A DNA stretch of 64,000 nucleotides, taken from the NCBI GenBank assembly GCA_002269645.1, contig NIVC01001381.1, positions 62,001-126,000 on the forward strand, given 5' to 3'. Below are positions 22,754 to 62,122 of the stretch, piece after piece (position 1 is the first letter of the stretch; each line of letters opens with the position of its first letter). Both the position numbers and the translations under genes were made by a program. Below the pieces are notes generated by a model. The model made no database searches. It was not told where the DNA came from and saw nothing but the letters and a program-made list of their open reading frames with translations. The DNA is from Macrostomum lignano (lineage: Eukaryota).

Positions 22754-25700
22754 TGGTAGGCCAGCAGTGCGGATGAACCGTCGCAGAGGTTGCAGACAAA
22801 GCCCATACCGCTCTGCACCGGTGAGCGAAACATCAGAGCAGCTGTTCCACCATCTGCGGACAGTACTATGCTGAACTCGTGGTTTGCATCGGTCGCTGGA
22901 CGGATTAACTTCCAGAAAGCACTTTTGTGTACTTCTTTACTGTCGACTGTGAAACAATGCACACTAAATACTAAGCTGTGTGAAGAATCCTCTGGCCCCT
23001 CTGTGCGTGTGATAATAAGAAGTCTTTCGTGCAAGACGAAGGGGCAAAACGACTGGAACTGTGAATTCAGAACTCGTTCTGTCAGCTCAGGACAGTCCAG
23101 CTTGACTTCAGTACAGAACTTATCAAGAATAAGAAGACGTGGAACGTGGGCTGGAGGTCCAGTGGCATCATGATTTGAAAACAACTCAGAATGTCCTACA
23201 AAGAACAAGAACTGATCGCCGTTCAATATCGGGCCCTCCCAGCGCGATTCACTAGCCAGAAACCGAACCAAATGTAGCGGTTCAGGTCGCAACAAATAGA
23301 AATGTGTTCTCGAAGCTGACTCTAACGTTTTCTTTCTAATAACGAGGTGTTTGTCTGATGCAGCGTAAACTAGGTTGTCACCAGACTCGGCTGCCGCCAG
23401 AGCAATCTCACCGGGCAAAGAGTCCATGACGACTCGCCAAGCTCCAGTGTGCAAATTCGTTTTGAATATTTTGTAAGTTTTGTTGTCGTTGGGATCCTCT
23501 TTAGCAATGGAAAGATAGCAGCCACTCGGCTGGAGAGTCCGCATATGACGCAGATGAATATGCAAAAGCACTGGACTTTGGCATTCAATTTTCTTCAGTT
23601 CGTTGCCCTCAAGATCGAACCACCAAACAGTTCCGTCTAAACGGTCGTCGAGTGACACGGCGTATATCTGGCCTGACTCGCACAGCATACCGAGGGCTAG
23701 CTGCACCTGCACAGTGCACTGGGTGAAGCTGCTGCCGCTATCAAAGCAGCTGTTCAGCAGTAGGATTCGAGCTGTACTGGCGTTGTCGTCCCGACAGCCG
23801 TTCAGAAGGCGCTGAATATTGCGCGACTCTTCCGCAAAGTGACGCAGGCGGCCGCACAAGTCGACAGCGAGGGCCAGGGAGCTGTGGCCAAGGCTGAGAG
23901 ACGCCACGCGGATTGCGTTGAATACTCGTTCCGCGTCAACTGCTGCATTCCAGTCACCTTTTTTGGACTCGTCGAGGTCTAGAAACAAGCGCAAGTCTCT
24001 CATCAGCTGGTAGCGAGACGAACTGGTCAGCCTAGCCTCCAGGTGAACCACATTGAAGGTCACTTCGCGATGGAATTCTTCAATACGACCGCTGCGTACC
24101 AGATGATAGGGCAGTTCGCTCAGCTTCCTCAGGTTTAGCCGTCTGCTTCCATCGGCCTGCATCTGCAGAGTGTGTGGCTGCGCTGCCACTTGTCTGTCCG
24201 CTTCAGTCGGTGGCGCAATGCCCTGAAAATTTCAGCAATTTTTTGGCTTAAAGTGCTTTCTACGACTAAAGTTCCATGTCCTTTTCATCTATCTCAAGAT
24301 TGAGAGTAAGTCTTACTTGTCGAGATAATTTGGCAGCCAGATTTGCTGGACAATGGAACGGTTTCGCTTTTCCTGCCCAGACGCCCAGGAAGTAATCAGC
24401 CAGACGAGAGTGAGTCGCCCGGGCGTGAGCAGAATCCACGAACAGGTACTCACGCGCAACCTCCCAGAACTGCCTGTGGTACCAGAACAAAACTCTGCTG
24501 GCGTCGGCCTCTCTCTCGACAAGGTAGTCACCGATCTCGTGTCTCAGTCGCGTCCAGCAAAGTGGCGGCACTCAAATGAACGGCGGCAGGTGATGCGCGA
24601 ATATCTCGCCCAGCACGTCCTCATCTAGAGACAGGAGGTCTTCCATTTCAACGTCGCTCAGACCGTTTCTAGACGCTGTGATGTAAGACAGCGAGTGGCG
24701 CACTAGCAGGGTGCCAAACTGCTTCTCCAGTCGACCGAAAAAGTGAATGATGGCGCCTCGAACTGTGTGCTGTAGACTTTCAATTGGCGTGTAGGATCGC
24801 CACTGCACAACCTCGTTGAACATCAGAGTCATGAAGATTGGCAGGCTGCACTCATTGAATGCGCTTTGCACTAGTTTCCATTGCGACGCAGTTAGGCATC
24901 GCCCTCGCGTTTCCAACATCTGCTGCACGATGCTGCAACACAGCGACGGCTCCAGGCCGCGAACCTCGATGAAAGCGTCCGCATCGTTTTCAAGCAGCCT
25001 CTGGCACGTGTCCAGAATTCCGTGCAGCTCTGGTAAGCAGCTCAAAACCAACTTCATGTTGTTGGGCAGTTCAGCTCGCAGCCAGTTCAGCGAGTGAGCT
25101 CCATCTGATGCATCCAGCTGATCCAATGAATCCAAGAGCACAAATATCCTGAAGTTCGAAGGGGTAAGAAAAAGGTGTAATTGGAAAATAAATCGAATGC
25201 TGCCATAGCCAAACTAACCTCCGTCCTTGTTGGCACAATGTCTCAGCCATGCGGTAGAAGTTCTCTACAAGATCGCGGAAGTCCTCCAGCGTCTGTAGCA
25301 GCTCGCTCTCCGATTGAGACATAAATACCGCCATTTGCAGACAAATAGATTTCAGAGTCTGTCGAATGCTGGATGACGCTGGACTTGTTCCCAGAAATCT
25401 CATAAAAATCAGAGCCTCGGATCGCTGCGACTGGGGAAGCCAGTCTCTGATCAAGACTCCGGCTCTCGCTAGCACGGATGTCTTGCCGCTGCCTGAGCAG
25501 CCGTAGATCACAACAGGGCGAGTTGACGGCCCCATCAGTTGGCGTTTCACAGCTTCCATGCAGCTCTGCCGACCTTGAAACTGTTTCACATAGCTCACAC
25601 ACTGGTGTGAGTGCTGCAGCACCTCTGTGTACAGACTGTCCGACTCCAGGCCAGACAGCTGATTCATGCCTCGATCGATCAACCGGCGCAGCTGAACCTC

Positions 25701-28700
25701 GAAATCGACCGCCAGCCGACCTTCGTAGTCCGCGTCGCCTTTGGTGACGGAGCTCCAAGTTACTCGATGCGTGACAATGTTGTCGGCCGGCAGCACGGCA
25801 GGCAGCTGCTGCTCCTTCAGTCTCTGAAGTTTCTCGAATGTTGCCTCATCTAAAGTGCCATCAGACAAAGTCTGTACAAATCTCGACACTGTTGAATCAC
25901 CCGCCGCCACCTGCTGCTTCACATCTTCGATCTCTCGGCAAAACAACAGTGCATCTTGCCTACGACTATCTCTGCACTGAAAGACACCGTGAACAAACTC
26001 CAGGTGAGTGACAGATGCCGAGTAGCGCAGCGCCTGGTCTGGGCTCATCTCGCCCCACTCGACCGCCTCCTCCGCAGCAGCCGAGACCGCATCGATCAGC
26101 AGTCTCTCCTCGCTCCACCAGCCAGCTCGGGCCTCCGCCGCCTTGACCTCATCTCCATTGGCTAGCGACTCCGGACTCTGGAAGACAAACACCGGGTCGT
26201 CCGTCAGGTTCTCGTCCAGGCGGTACCACTTGTGCAGCAGAGCAAGCGTCGTATCGCTGCCGCTACTTTTGATTCTTCGCACTATTATCTCCATCTCAGA
26301 TTGCTGGACCTTGTGTGGCAGCTGTCTTGAGCCGTAGCGGTGGCTTAGAATCCCCTGATCAAAAATAAATTAATAGTTTTGGCGATTTGCTTGATAAAAG
26401 TAAAGCTTATTGGCAATAGTGACCAACCAAGAAGTGAGGGCCGATGGAAAGTCGCTGACAGTTCAGCAGCTCTGCTAAGCAAATTTCAGTAGCGGTCTGG
26501 TCAATGGTGGCTCCGTCTTGGATGCCCCATCGCATGTCGACAATCTGCAAGAAGATTATAAAATATAAATGCGCTGTTTGTTACTGGCTTATTTCAAGCA
26601 TTATTGTCCGTTAAGTGTCGATATGTAAATATGCGAGCTATTTACGTTGAATGCAACTCCGTGCTGCTCGCGACAATAGCGCCTGAGCTTGGGATACACC
26701 TGGTTCATGATCACGTTTCTCTCCGTGTGCATGTCTGCAATCGGGAGGTTTTTATAGTTTTTGTATCATTGCTCAAATGTAAAAAGTTATATTATGATAC
26801 TAACGAAAACAAGGACACTCAGGCGCAACGCCTTCGGCGACACCGCCCCACAACCAGCTTACACGGTGTGAATCGCTTGACAACCCCCTAGGCCAATTTT
26901 GCTCCGCCTATTTAAGCAGAGGTTGTTTCAGTCCTCCAGAACTCACCAGAGAAAGTGGAGCTCAGAAAGACTCGAACTGTTCTGGAATTTTTCTCCGGCA
27001 AATCTGACGCAGAGGACAAAAGATCGCCAGACATCAACCGACGAAAGACGTTCTGAGACTCGGACTCCAGCAGCAGCGCGGGAATCGCCTGGGTGAATCG
27101 CTTCACAAGAGCGGGCCTCCGACGGCGTTGCTGTCCTTCGGTGACGGCGGGTGCCTTCGCAGCGTCGGAGCCCCTTTGTAGAAGACGTGCCCTGTCGAGT
27201 TACGATTTAGATAAGGGTGGGGGTTCAATCTGCGATACCGTAGCTTACAGGGCTTTTCGATCAGTGCCTGTAAAGATACAAGACCATGCTATGGATACGC
27301 TATACACACAATAGATGACTACGTATGCCGTATTTCTGCCCTAACAATCTGACATTTCTTACTATCAGGAATTCTGCACATTGCTGGGTTTTGGCTCTAG
27401 CGATGTATAATCAAATCAAACTACAGCAACCAGGCCAAAATCCTGTGAGGTTAACAACAAACTAACTGGCATGAAATTTAACTTGAAAACTTTCCTGGGA
27501 AATCTGTGTGATGATTATTTAGTTAATTTAAGTTATTTTCTAATCCAGTTTGGACGCTAATCTCACCCAGACATCAACTTCGTCCATTTTGAAACTTTTG
27601 ATTTAGCCGCCGCTGCAGGTGCCACTCGCTGGCTAAGCCGCTTCAATAATGATGGCCGTCGAGCCATTGGGCCTCCGCTGCTTCCTCCAGTAGTGTGGCC
27701 GACCGCGGGAACAGTTGCATCGCCACTTTCCTTTGTCTCTTCTTCCTGAAGTTTGCATAAGAAAACGCCCTTCATTTTAAAGTTTGAACTATATTACTTT
27801 ATAATATTTAAGAAGCCTTTTAAATTTTCTTTAAATTTAAGAAAAGTTAAATATATAATATATTTTACTTTTATATTAAAGTAAAAATATTTTACTTGGG
27901 AAAATTGTAAGTATATAGACTTCAGATCATAAATATTTGATTTGGAAGCCTTTACTTAGCAAACTAGTAATTTAGTCTTTAATTGGTATGCTTTAATGTT
28001 TACCTTTTCTGAATGATTTATTGTGAAACTTTTTACTCAAAAATATACTAATAAAGTTAAAAATCACAACATACAAATAGGAATAGCAGCTTACAAAATT
28101 AATTGTAATTAATTTGCAAAATTAATTGTAATTAATTTGTAAAATTAATTGTAATTAATTTGTAAAATTAATTTAATATTAATATTACTATCTTTTTAAA
28201 TATTTTATTTAAATATGCTTCTAGAATACAGAAAAGTTATAAAGATACATTATACAAATGATGCATGTTACATGAAAAGGAAATTGTTTGCAGCAAATTT
28301 TTATGTCTTATATTGCATAAAGCATACTGTACAATGAAACTAGGTCTAATATGCCTAATTCAAAAGGCTGTGAAAGTCTGGGAAAGACTGAAAGTTACTT
28401 TTACAAGCACAAATTTCCAAAACAGCCCAAAAGTTCTGATAAAAATCTGTTAAATTTGAAAAGCTGGAAATTTAATTGCAGGCTTATCAAATTTTAAAAT
28501 TTAATTTTCTGGAACCTACGGTTTCTACCCAGGTTAATTCATTAAGTTGAAAAATATGTTTGAAAAATTGCACAGGTGTTTTTTAGGAGTATGAAACGAA
28601 AAGTTAACATTAATAATTGCCATCTTCCTTATTATTGTATCAGTTTAATTTTGTTTCATTACATAGTTAATTTAACTATTAGAAGACTGATATCAAAGGC

Positions 28701-29216
28701 TTAGTCTCTTTCAGTCTTTATCAAAGAATGATAGAAATACTTAGGGCTAAGCGTCATCAAGCCATAATAACTACGTAACTCGCAATTAACCTACCAATTA
28801 TATTGATTTTGTGCCCACGTGCATGAGTTTAAGTTTTAAAGCGTCTTGGAAACGTAGTCTCCAAGTTTTATATAAATAAAACATAAACAGAAGTTAAGGA
28901 CATTAAATAAAACTTTAGATAAAATTGATTTATTGTGTTATGTTTACTTCAAAATTAACAATTTTTTTCTAATTTGTTTAGCTACGTACAATTATGCGGT
29001 ATAGCAACATTTTCAAGCAAAGTAAAGTATTTAGTAAATAATGCATATAATTGTTCAGTTTTATTTACAAATTATATTTTCAAGATTTTTATTTTGTTCC
29101 CACTTTGACTAATATATAAGAAGCAAATAAATGGTTTCTAATTATTTGAATTCGCTTGCACATTACCCTGGAGACTTCCCTTGCCCATGCTATCGATCCA
29201 GACAGCATCAATTTAA

Positions 29217-32112
29217 TGCTATAAAATAAACCGATGATTGATTTTGGCTGGCGATAAAGAAAACGAAGTTAGGGCGGTCGCAGCCCAGAATTCAGCTTTT
29301 TCTAACTTAAACACAGGTGAAAAGGTTGGGCGTTGGCGGAGAAATATTATTTGAGTACATTGTGCGTACAGTGAAAATAGAGAAAATAACTTATGGATGA
29401 AACAGGCGGCTAGCCTAGGCCAACTCATTTTTTCGACACTCCTCCTCCTCCTTTTTCCCACGAATTCGAAAGTCGTGGGAAAGGACAAAAAATAATGGCC
29501 TGAGGATTGAACCTCTAAAAGAATCAACGACTGGACTGGCCGTCTCACCCGTTCCCAGCGCCGGGAATTCCCAGCACCCGCAACGCGAAGAAGAACCGAA
29601 CGGATAGCACCATCGCGGCCAGGACGCACTTCCTCGACAATACCCAATTTCCACTTGAGTCTTGTTGTCGAGATTCACATACCAGGAGAACCACTTCACC
29701 AACATTTGGTGGACGGTGGTTAGGTTTGATCCTTTAGGGCTTTCTCGCGCAGAAACTCTAAATAGGACGTCTTCCATTGGTTCCAAAACCACCCAGAGCT
29801 GCTCTAAGCATTCTAAGCCGTTTCGGAAGCGGTAGAACGGAGTCCGCCTCACCGTCGATATCTTCCGGTTCTTGGCTGAGACGACTAGCTGCAATGAAAT
29901 GGGACGGTGTGATGACCTCCATACCATCGCCTGAATTCGAAGGTACATACAACAGCGGCCGACAGTTTACCACAGCTTCGATTTCCACACTTAGAGTATA
30001 ATCAACTGGTCGTAGGTAAACAGCTGTCGACCTGCAGCCTTTTTAGTGCCATTTTTACGATGCCAATTGCAGCATCCCAGAGGTTTTCCAGTAACCTCCC
30101 CACCACGGGGCTCGCTCGGGCACAAAATGCCAACAATTAATCTTCTTCGACGAACAGAACGACTGCAGCTCTTTTGAGATATTAGCGCCGATCAGTTTGG
30201 CGCCTGACCGAAATGTCAGGCGCCGAATCACTGACGACGGAGGGAATGCCTCTTCGAGCCACGAACCGACGCAGTGCATGCAGAAGCTGTTCGCTGTCCA
30301 TACTCGAAACAACTTCCAGGTGAACGGCTCGAGTTGCTGAGCAAGTGAAGAGCAGGATGTACGCCTTTTTGCTCTCACCACCCTCCCCCCGTCCGATAGA
30401 ATTTCGGACCAGCATAATCCAGTCCTACGGTACGAAAAGCACGAACAGTTGACAGACGGAAGGATGGAAGCTGCGGAACCGCTCGCACGGAAAACGGTCG
30501 CCCTTGAAACTTCTTGCACACAACATACCCCGTCAGTAACTGCTTCACACGCTGTCTCGCCTTTAAAATCGAAAAACGTTCACCTTAGGTGGATATTTTT
30601 GACGAGACGCGCCTTGAGCACATATGCTTACGTGATGCTTGCCGGAGCAATCACGGCACTTCTGCGGATCGCGACTCTTCTCTTTTGCTAGAAATTGTCT
30701 ACGCCTTTCAACGGTCGGAAACTCCATGCAATTTCCGAATAATGCGATGCTTTGCAATAGGTTCGTAGCGTCTGGTGCTTTCGGTTGCACTGCTACCAGT
30801 GTTGATTGATTGATTGCTACCATTGACATTGATGCGTTTGAAGCTTGCTTTAAATCTGAATGAGATGCTTGTGAAGTTGACTTGTGGCTGAGCTGCGATC
30901 CAGCGGACTCCCGCACAGAAATTTCATTCTTGTAGTAATGTCGTCGTGAAACTGCTGAAGACACTTTAGAGATGAGTCCTGGAGACGAAGTTCAGAAATC
31001 TCCCCCGTGAATGTCGGAATTTGCCTCTTGGGAAGCTTGATCTGCGACCCGGACTCTACGGAACGACTTTTGGCCGCTGACTCCTCCGGCGATTGTTGAC
31101 TATTGAAAGCTGCTTCCAGCATCTTGATGCAGCTGATACACTTTATCGAATAAGCTTGATTCTCTTCCACTTCAGCATCCAGCCCCTCTTCAGCGACAGA
31201 CTCCTCTATGGCTTCATCCAATGCTTGCACTGCCGTCAATTTCGACTTCAGAATCTGCACAATTTCCTCCGCATCCGCACGATTTGCAGCTCGACCAATA
31301 TCCACGGAGAGAAGATGGTCAGCCTTTCCAACAGCCTTCGTGATCGCCGCGCGGATACCTGCACGCTTCCTGACTGCTGAAGAGCTCGTCTTCACTGAGA
31401 CGACTTGAGACGTCATGACGACTTGAATTTGGAGATGCTGCTAAAGCCAAGAACTCCCGACACTGAGAGCTTGAAGACGGCCAGCCCAAAAAAGAAGCAG
31501 ACTGCAGGAAAACACTTCGAGTGAACACGAAGACAAGCGAATGCAAATAGCAAAAAAATACAAGTAAATTTGGTAAGACAAACTCTAAAATTCCAGTATA
31601 TGAAGAATTTAACGATCAGCTATTAACTATACGTATAACTGTCAATAATGTTAACGAGATGCGCAAAAAAGACGTAATTTAAAAGGAGAAACAGTTACGA
31701 TACTCAACAACGCAAGGATGGTCGACTGTTCGACATCGATCAGAGAGAGAGCCTGGCTGAAGGTTGCAGCTCGTGGAACCCGAGGGACCGGAATACCGTT
31801 GACGGGACCACCGCTGCAGCGATTCGGAGGCCGCGAGCTGCTGGTTACTCCGACGACTGCGCTTCGCCGAAAGCCAACATAGTAGCCCCGTGCAGAACGC
31901 AACAGTTGGTGAAATATCGCTGCGCTAGAGATTCAGTGCAGTTGCACTAACTTGAGCTTCTGTAGGCCGCAATAGTTTTAACTAGTATGTTGTACTTTTT
32001 GTTCGGGCGCCATATAAAATAAACCGATAATTGATTTTGACTGGCGACAAAGAAAACGAAGTTAGGCCGGTCGCAGCCCAGAATTCAGCTTTTATATTTT
32101 CTAACTTAAACA
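29217..32112 (-). mobile_element. Internally deleted BEL/Pao LTR retrotransposon (gag, integrase, DUF5641-like end; no RT/RNase H)
   Basis: 3' LTR 29217-29438 (TG...CA) preceded by PPT GGGAAAAAGGAGGAGGAGGAG; partial 5' LTR 32013-~32112; PBS TGGCGCCCGAACA at 32000-32012; gag KLPKRQIPTFTG and CRDCSGKHHVSIC; integrase FTCSATRAVHLEVV, ARRGIP, PERAPWWGG, IEAVVNCRPL, ITPSHFI; PGRDG..RRPVQSL. Several frameshifts. Confidence 0.9.
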
Positions 32113-32490
32113 TATTATTTTTTCAACGAATCCAGGGTGACGTTGCAAGTGCTGTCGGTTGTTAGAGAAAAGTAAAGGTGCATCCACTTCAATGGACTAA
32201 GCAAAAGTCAAGGCCAATTTCGAAACCACATTAAAATCAATGCTAATTCACCTAAAAGCAGGAGTTTACGAGTATCATACTCTTTCAAAACATCAGGGGA
32301 AGGAAAAAGCTTTTTGAAATCCAATAAGAGAAACAAGAGCAACTGTAAATTAATATTTCGTGTCCACAAACCAATGTCCTTTGCTTGTTGTAAGTGCAAG
32401 CCTGAGGCACTAAAATCTTAAGTGTTATTTACGAACGCATGGAAACAAAAACTAGAAAAGGTGGCACGCAATCGCACAGCACACCAACTA

Positions 32491-33085
32491 TACTGTCCGT
32501 CAAAAGTTCCGGAACCCTTGCTACGATGTCTTCTAGCGGACATAATTTCAGTCCGTTTCAATTGTAACTTGATTCAAATGAAAGCTGCGGATCTCAGCTC
32601 CATGATGTGGTCAAGAAAAAGTTTATTCGAAGGAGCGCGTGTGAACAGGCCAGTGTTATGTACATAAAGGTTAGAGAAAAAAGTGAGGAAAAGACAAACA
32701 AGCAATTGTCTATGGTTGCTGAGTCTATGGAGCAAACACACATGGGAAGGAATCGGTTTGCGCGCAGTGTTCAGCCTGGCTAACATTAGTCTATGGCCAA
32801 AACTTGTGTTGAAATCAACAGGCTCTTATGGATTCTTGTGCAGTCAGCTTTCATGGGAGAGTCAATTGCTTGTTTGTCTTTTCCTCACTTTTTTTCTCTA
32901 ACCTTTATGTACATAACACTGGCGTGTTCACACGCGCTCCTTCGAATAAACTTTTTCTTGACCACATCATGGAGCTGAGATCCGCAGCTTGTATCATTTG
33001 AATCAAATTTACAATTGAAACGGACTGAAATTATGTCCGCTAGAAGACATCGTAGCAAGGGTTCCGGAACTTTTGACGGACAGTA
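32491..33085. mobile_element. MITE/foldback element with ~220-bp terminal inverted repeats, Tc1/mariner-like TA flanks
   Basis: 32491-32708 is the near-perfect reverse complement of 32863-33085; termini TA|TACTGTCCGTCAAAAGTTCCGGAAC ... GTTCCGGAACTTTTGACGGACAGTA|TA. Confidence 0.85.
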
Positions 33086-34179
33086 TACCAAGCCAGTTTA
33101 TACATCGTCTATGACGTCCGTAATGCCGGCATTTGGTTTGTACCTCATGCTGACGGCAAGGACCACTAGGAACACTTCGTTATACATAAATCTAGTAGTC
33201 CTTGGGTGACGGTCTCTACGCCTCGGTCCCTCCGACCCGAAAAGGCCCTCCGACAGCGAAGGACCGCGAGCTTTCCAAAAAAAGATGTCTGAAGAATAGC
33301 AGTCGGTTTCATGCAGAACCTTTGTTATAATATGGACTGTATATGAGTAGTACGACCCTTCCTCGCTCTCATCTTGTATAATCGCACCAAATTATTGCCT
33401 GGTACATCTAGAGCTAAATAGAAATGCTGTTTTTAGGAGTCCCTGCCCAGACGACGAACCTACGAACCTAACGCTTCATAAACTTTTGAAATGCGTCAGG
33501 TATTATATAGGCTTATACCTTAGGCAAATGAAGAACGTCTCTGAGACACGTCAGATTCGCCTGCATGACCTCTATATATATGTTACTTGTTAGTTCTCAT
33601 GTTGCTAGCTAAACAATCACATGAAATAAATTGGATATCAAAGCAATTGTTTACAAATCAATGAAAATTAATTGTGCCACAAAATTTTACAGAGCTGTGG
33701 AGTAAAACAATTCTTACGTATACCTGTAGACCAAAATGCATTACATGTACATCCAGTTGACTTAAAAGTCACGAAATGACGCAACGCAAAAACTTGTTTA
33801 TATCCGAGTAAGCATGAAATTAGCTAAATGAAAGTCACACAGCAATAGCTGGAAGCGCATATTTACAAATTAAATTCTTACGCATAATACCAAAAAATTA
33901 ACAAAATGAATAACATACACGTACACTACGGCTCGCAGTGAGTCGAATTGATTTGAAGTTGCATTTAAACTTGCACAAAAACTTTTGCAGGCAGCTGTTG
34001 GTGCTTCATACTATGTACTAATACACTGCAGGCGCCTCTGAATGCATATTTTATGAGCATGTTTTAGAAATGACTATATTTTATGACTTATTATGACTGG
34101 CAGGGAGTAGAATGAGAAATCGATTAACAGGAAATACGTTTTCCGAAAATTATTTCGTCTTGGAAGCTACTTTGAGCTT

Positions 34180-36760
<2,581 letters not shown>

Positions 36761-36873
36761 TTAAAGCGGTCTCTTTATCTGTGCATGAGCGAGCCTTGCA
36801 ACTCTCTCTCCCTCTCTATTTTGCTCAGCCCAATGTCTCCCGTCCCTGACCCCAGCTCTACCAATGCCAAGCA

Positions 36874-38880
<2,007 letters not shown>

Positions 38881-39799
38881 TTAAAGCGGTCTCTTTATCT
38901 GTGCATGAGCGAGCCTTGCAACTCTCTCTCCCTCTCTATTTTGCTCAGCCCAATGTCTCCCGTCCCTGACCCCAGCTCTACCAATGCCAAGCACTACACA
39001 ATAAGCGATACTGCAGTGTGTAGCCCTGTCTGCCCCAGCACACACTCAGGCAAGCGCTTATCGATAGAATATTTGACTATCTTACACAGCAGCTAATCCA
39101 CGCCCACAGATCTACATAATGGACTCTTATCGATTGAATTTTTATCCAACCCAGCAACACCTGCAGCACCCCCAATTTCTTTCTCCAATATAAAATTTTG
39201 CATCCAAAGTCCAAGCTATACTACTGCTCAACCGGTCATAGCCTAGCTATCAAATGAGAACAGTTTCAAAAAAATCCCGAACTCAACTACCAAAATCCCC
39301 CCCCCCCGCGTGTGGGCGGAAATGCGCCATTAGCACTGTCTCCCACTGCACTGACATTAAACAAAAACGCTACGTCAAAACTACTCGTACTTATTGCTGA
39401 AAATCGCTGAGTAGTGCGATTGTGTATTAATAGTAAAATTAATGTGCTTTAGTGATTAATAAATATTTCAGTTTATTTAAAGACTTTAGAGCTACTGAGT
39501 CATGATTAGTAGTATAAAAAAATCTGAAATATAAAAACAATAGTAGGGCCTACTCAACAAACATCGGAAATAACAAATAGAATCGGGATAAAAGTTGAAA
39601 AGTATTTCTAGAATAAGACTTGGGGGCAGGGTCCTGCAAATATTCAACTCTTACTTCACATGGCAAATATAGTTAATTTATTCGAGCAAAACAAAACTAA
39701 GACTGCATCAAATTTAAACATGAAGACAAATATAATCAGTTTATCAATTATATAAAGTATGTTTTCGATACATATCGGCACACAGGGCTCAATCGCTAA

Positions 39800-62122
<22,323 letters not shown>

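Larger units (their letters stand above)
8587..27775 (-). pseudogene. NWD1/NWD2-like NACHT-WD40 gene (~2,100 aa when repaired) with DUF4062-like N-terminus and C-terminal DPY-30-like motif; disrupted by an in-frame TGA and a Helitron insertion
   Basis: Phase-consistent exons: 27567-27775 (5' end uncertain), 26947-27191 (VRVFLSSTFS), 26646-26734 (DMHTERN..VYPKL), 26428-26544 (VDMRWG), 25219-26354 (WYRLDEN; Walker A GCSGSGKT), 24317-25148 (Walker [12 protein letters not shown]; TGA at 24572-24574), 22754-24222 joined to 12502-13753, 11694-12314, 8951-9182, 8587-8693 (LSRGLARVADARPADPIEFLAHWLL). Gene identity is strong; pseudogene status is inferred. Confidence 0.8.

Noticed and set aside
24572-24574. 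Selenocysteine TGA in the NWD gene
   Set aside because: The position corresponds to Arg rather than Cys in homologs as I recall them, I identified no SECIS, and the gene has a second lesion.
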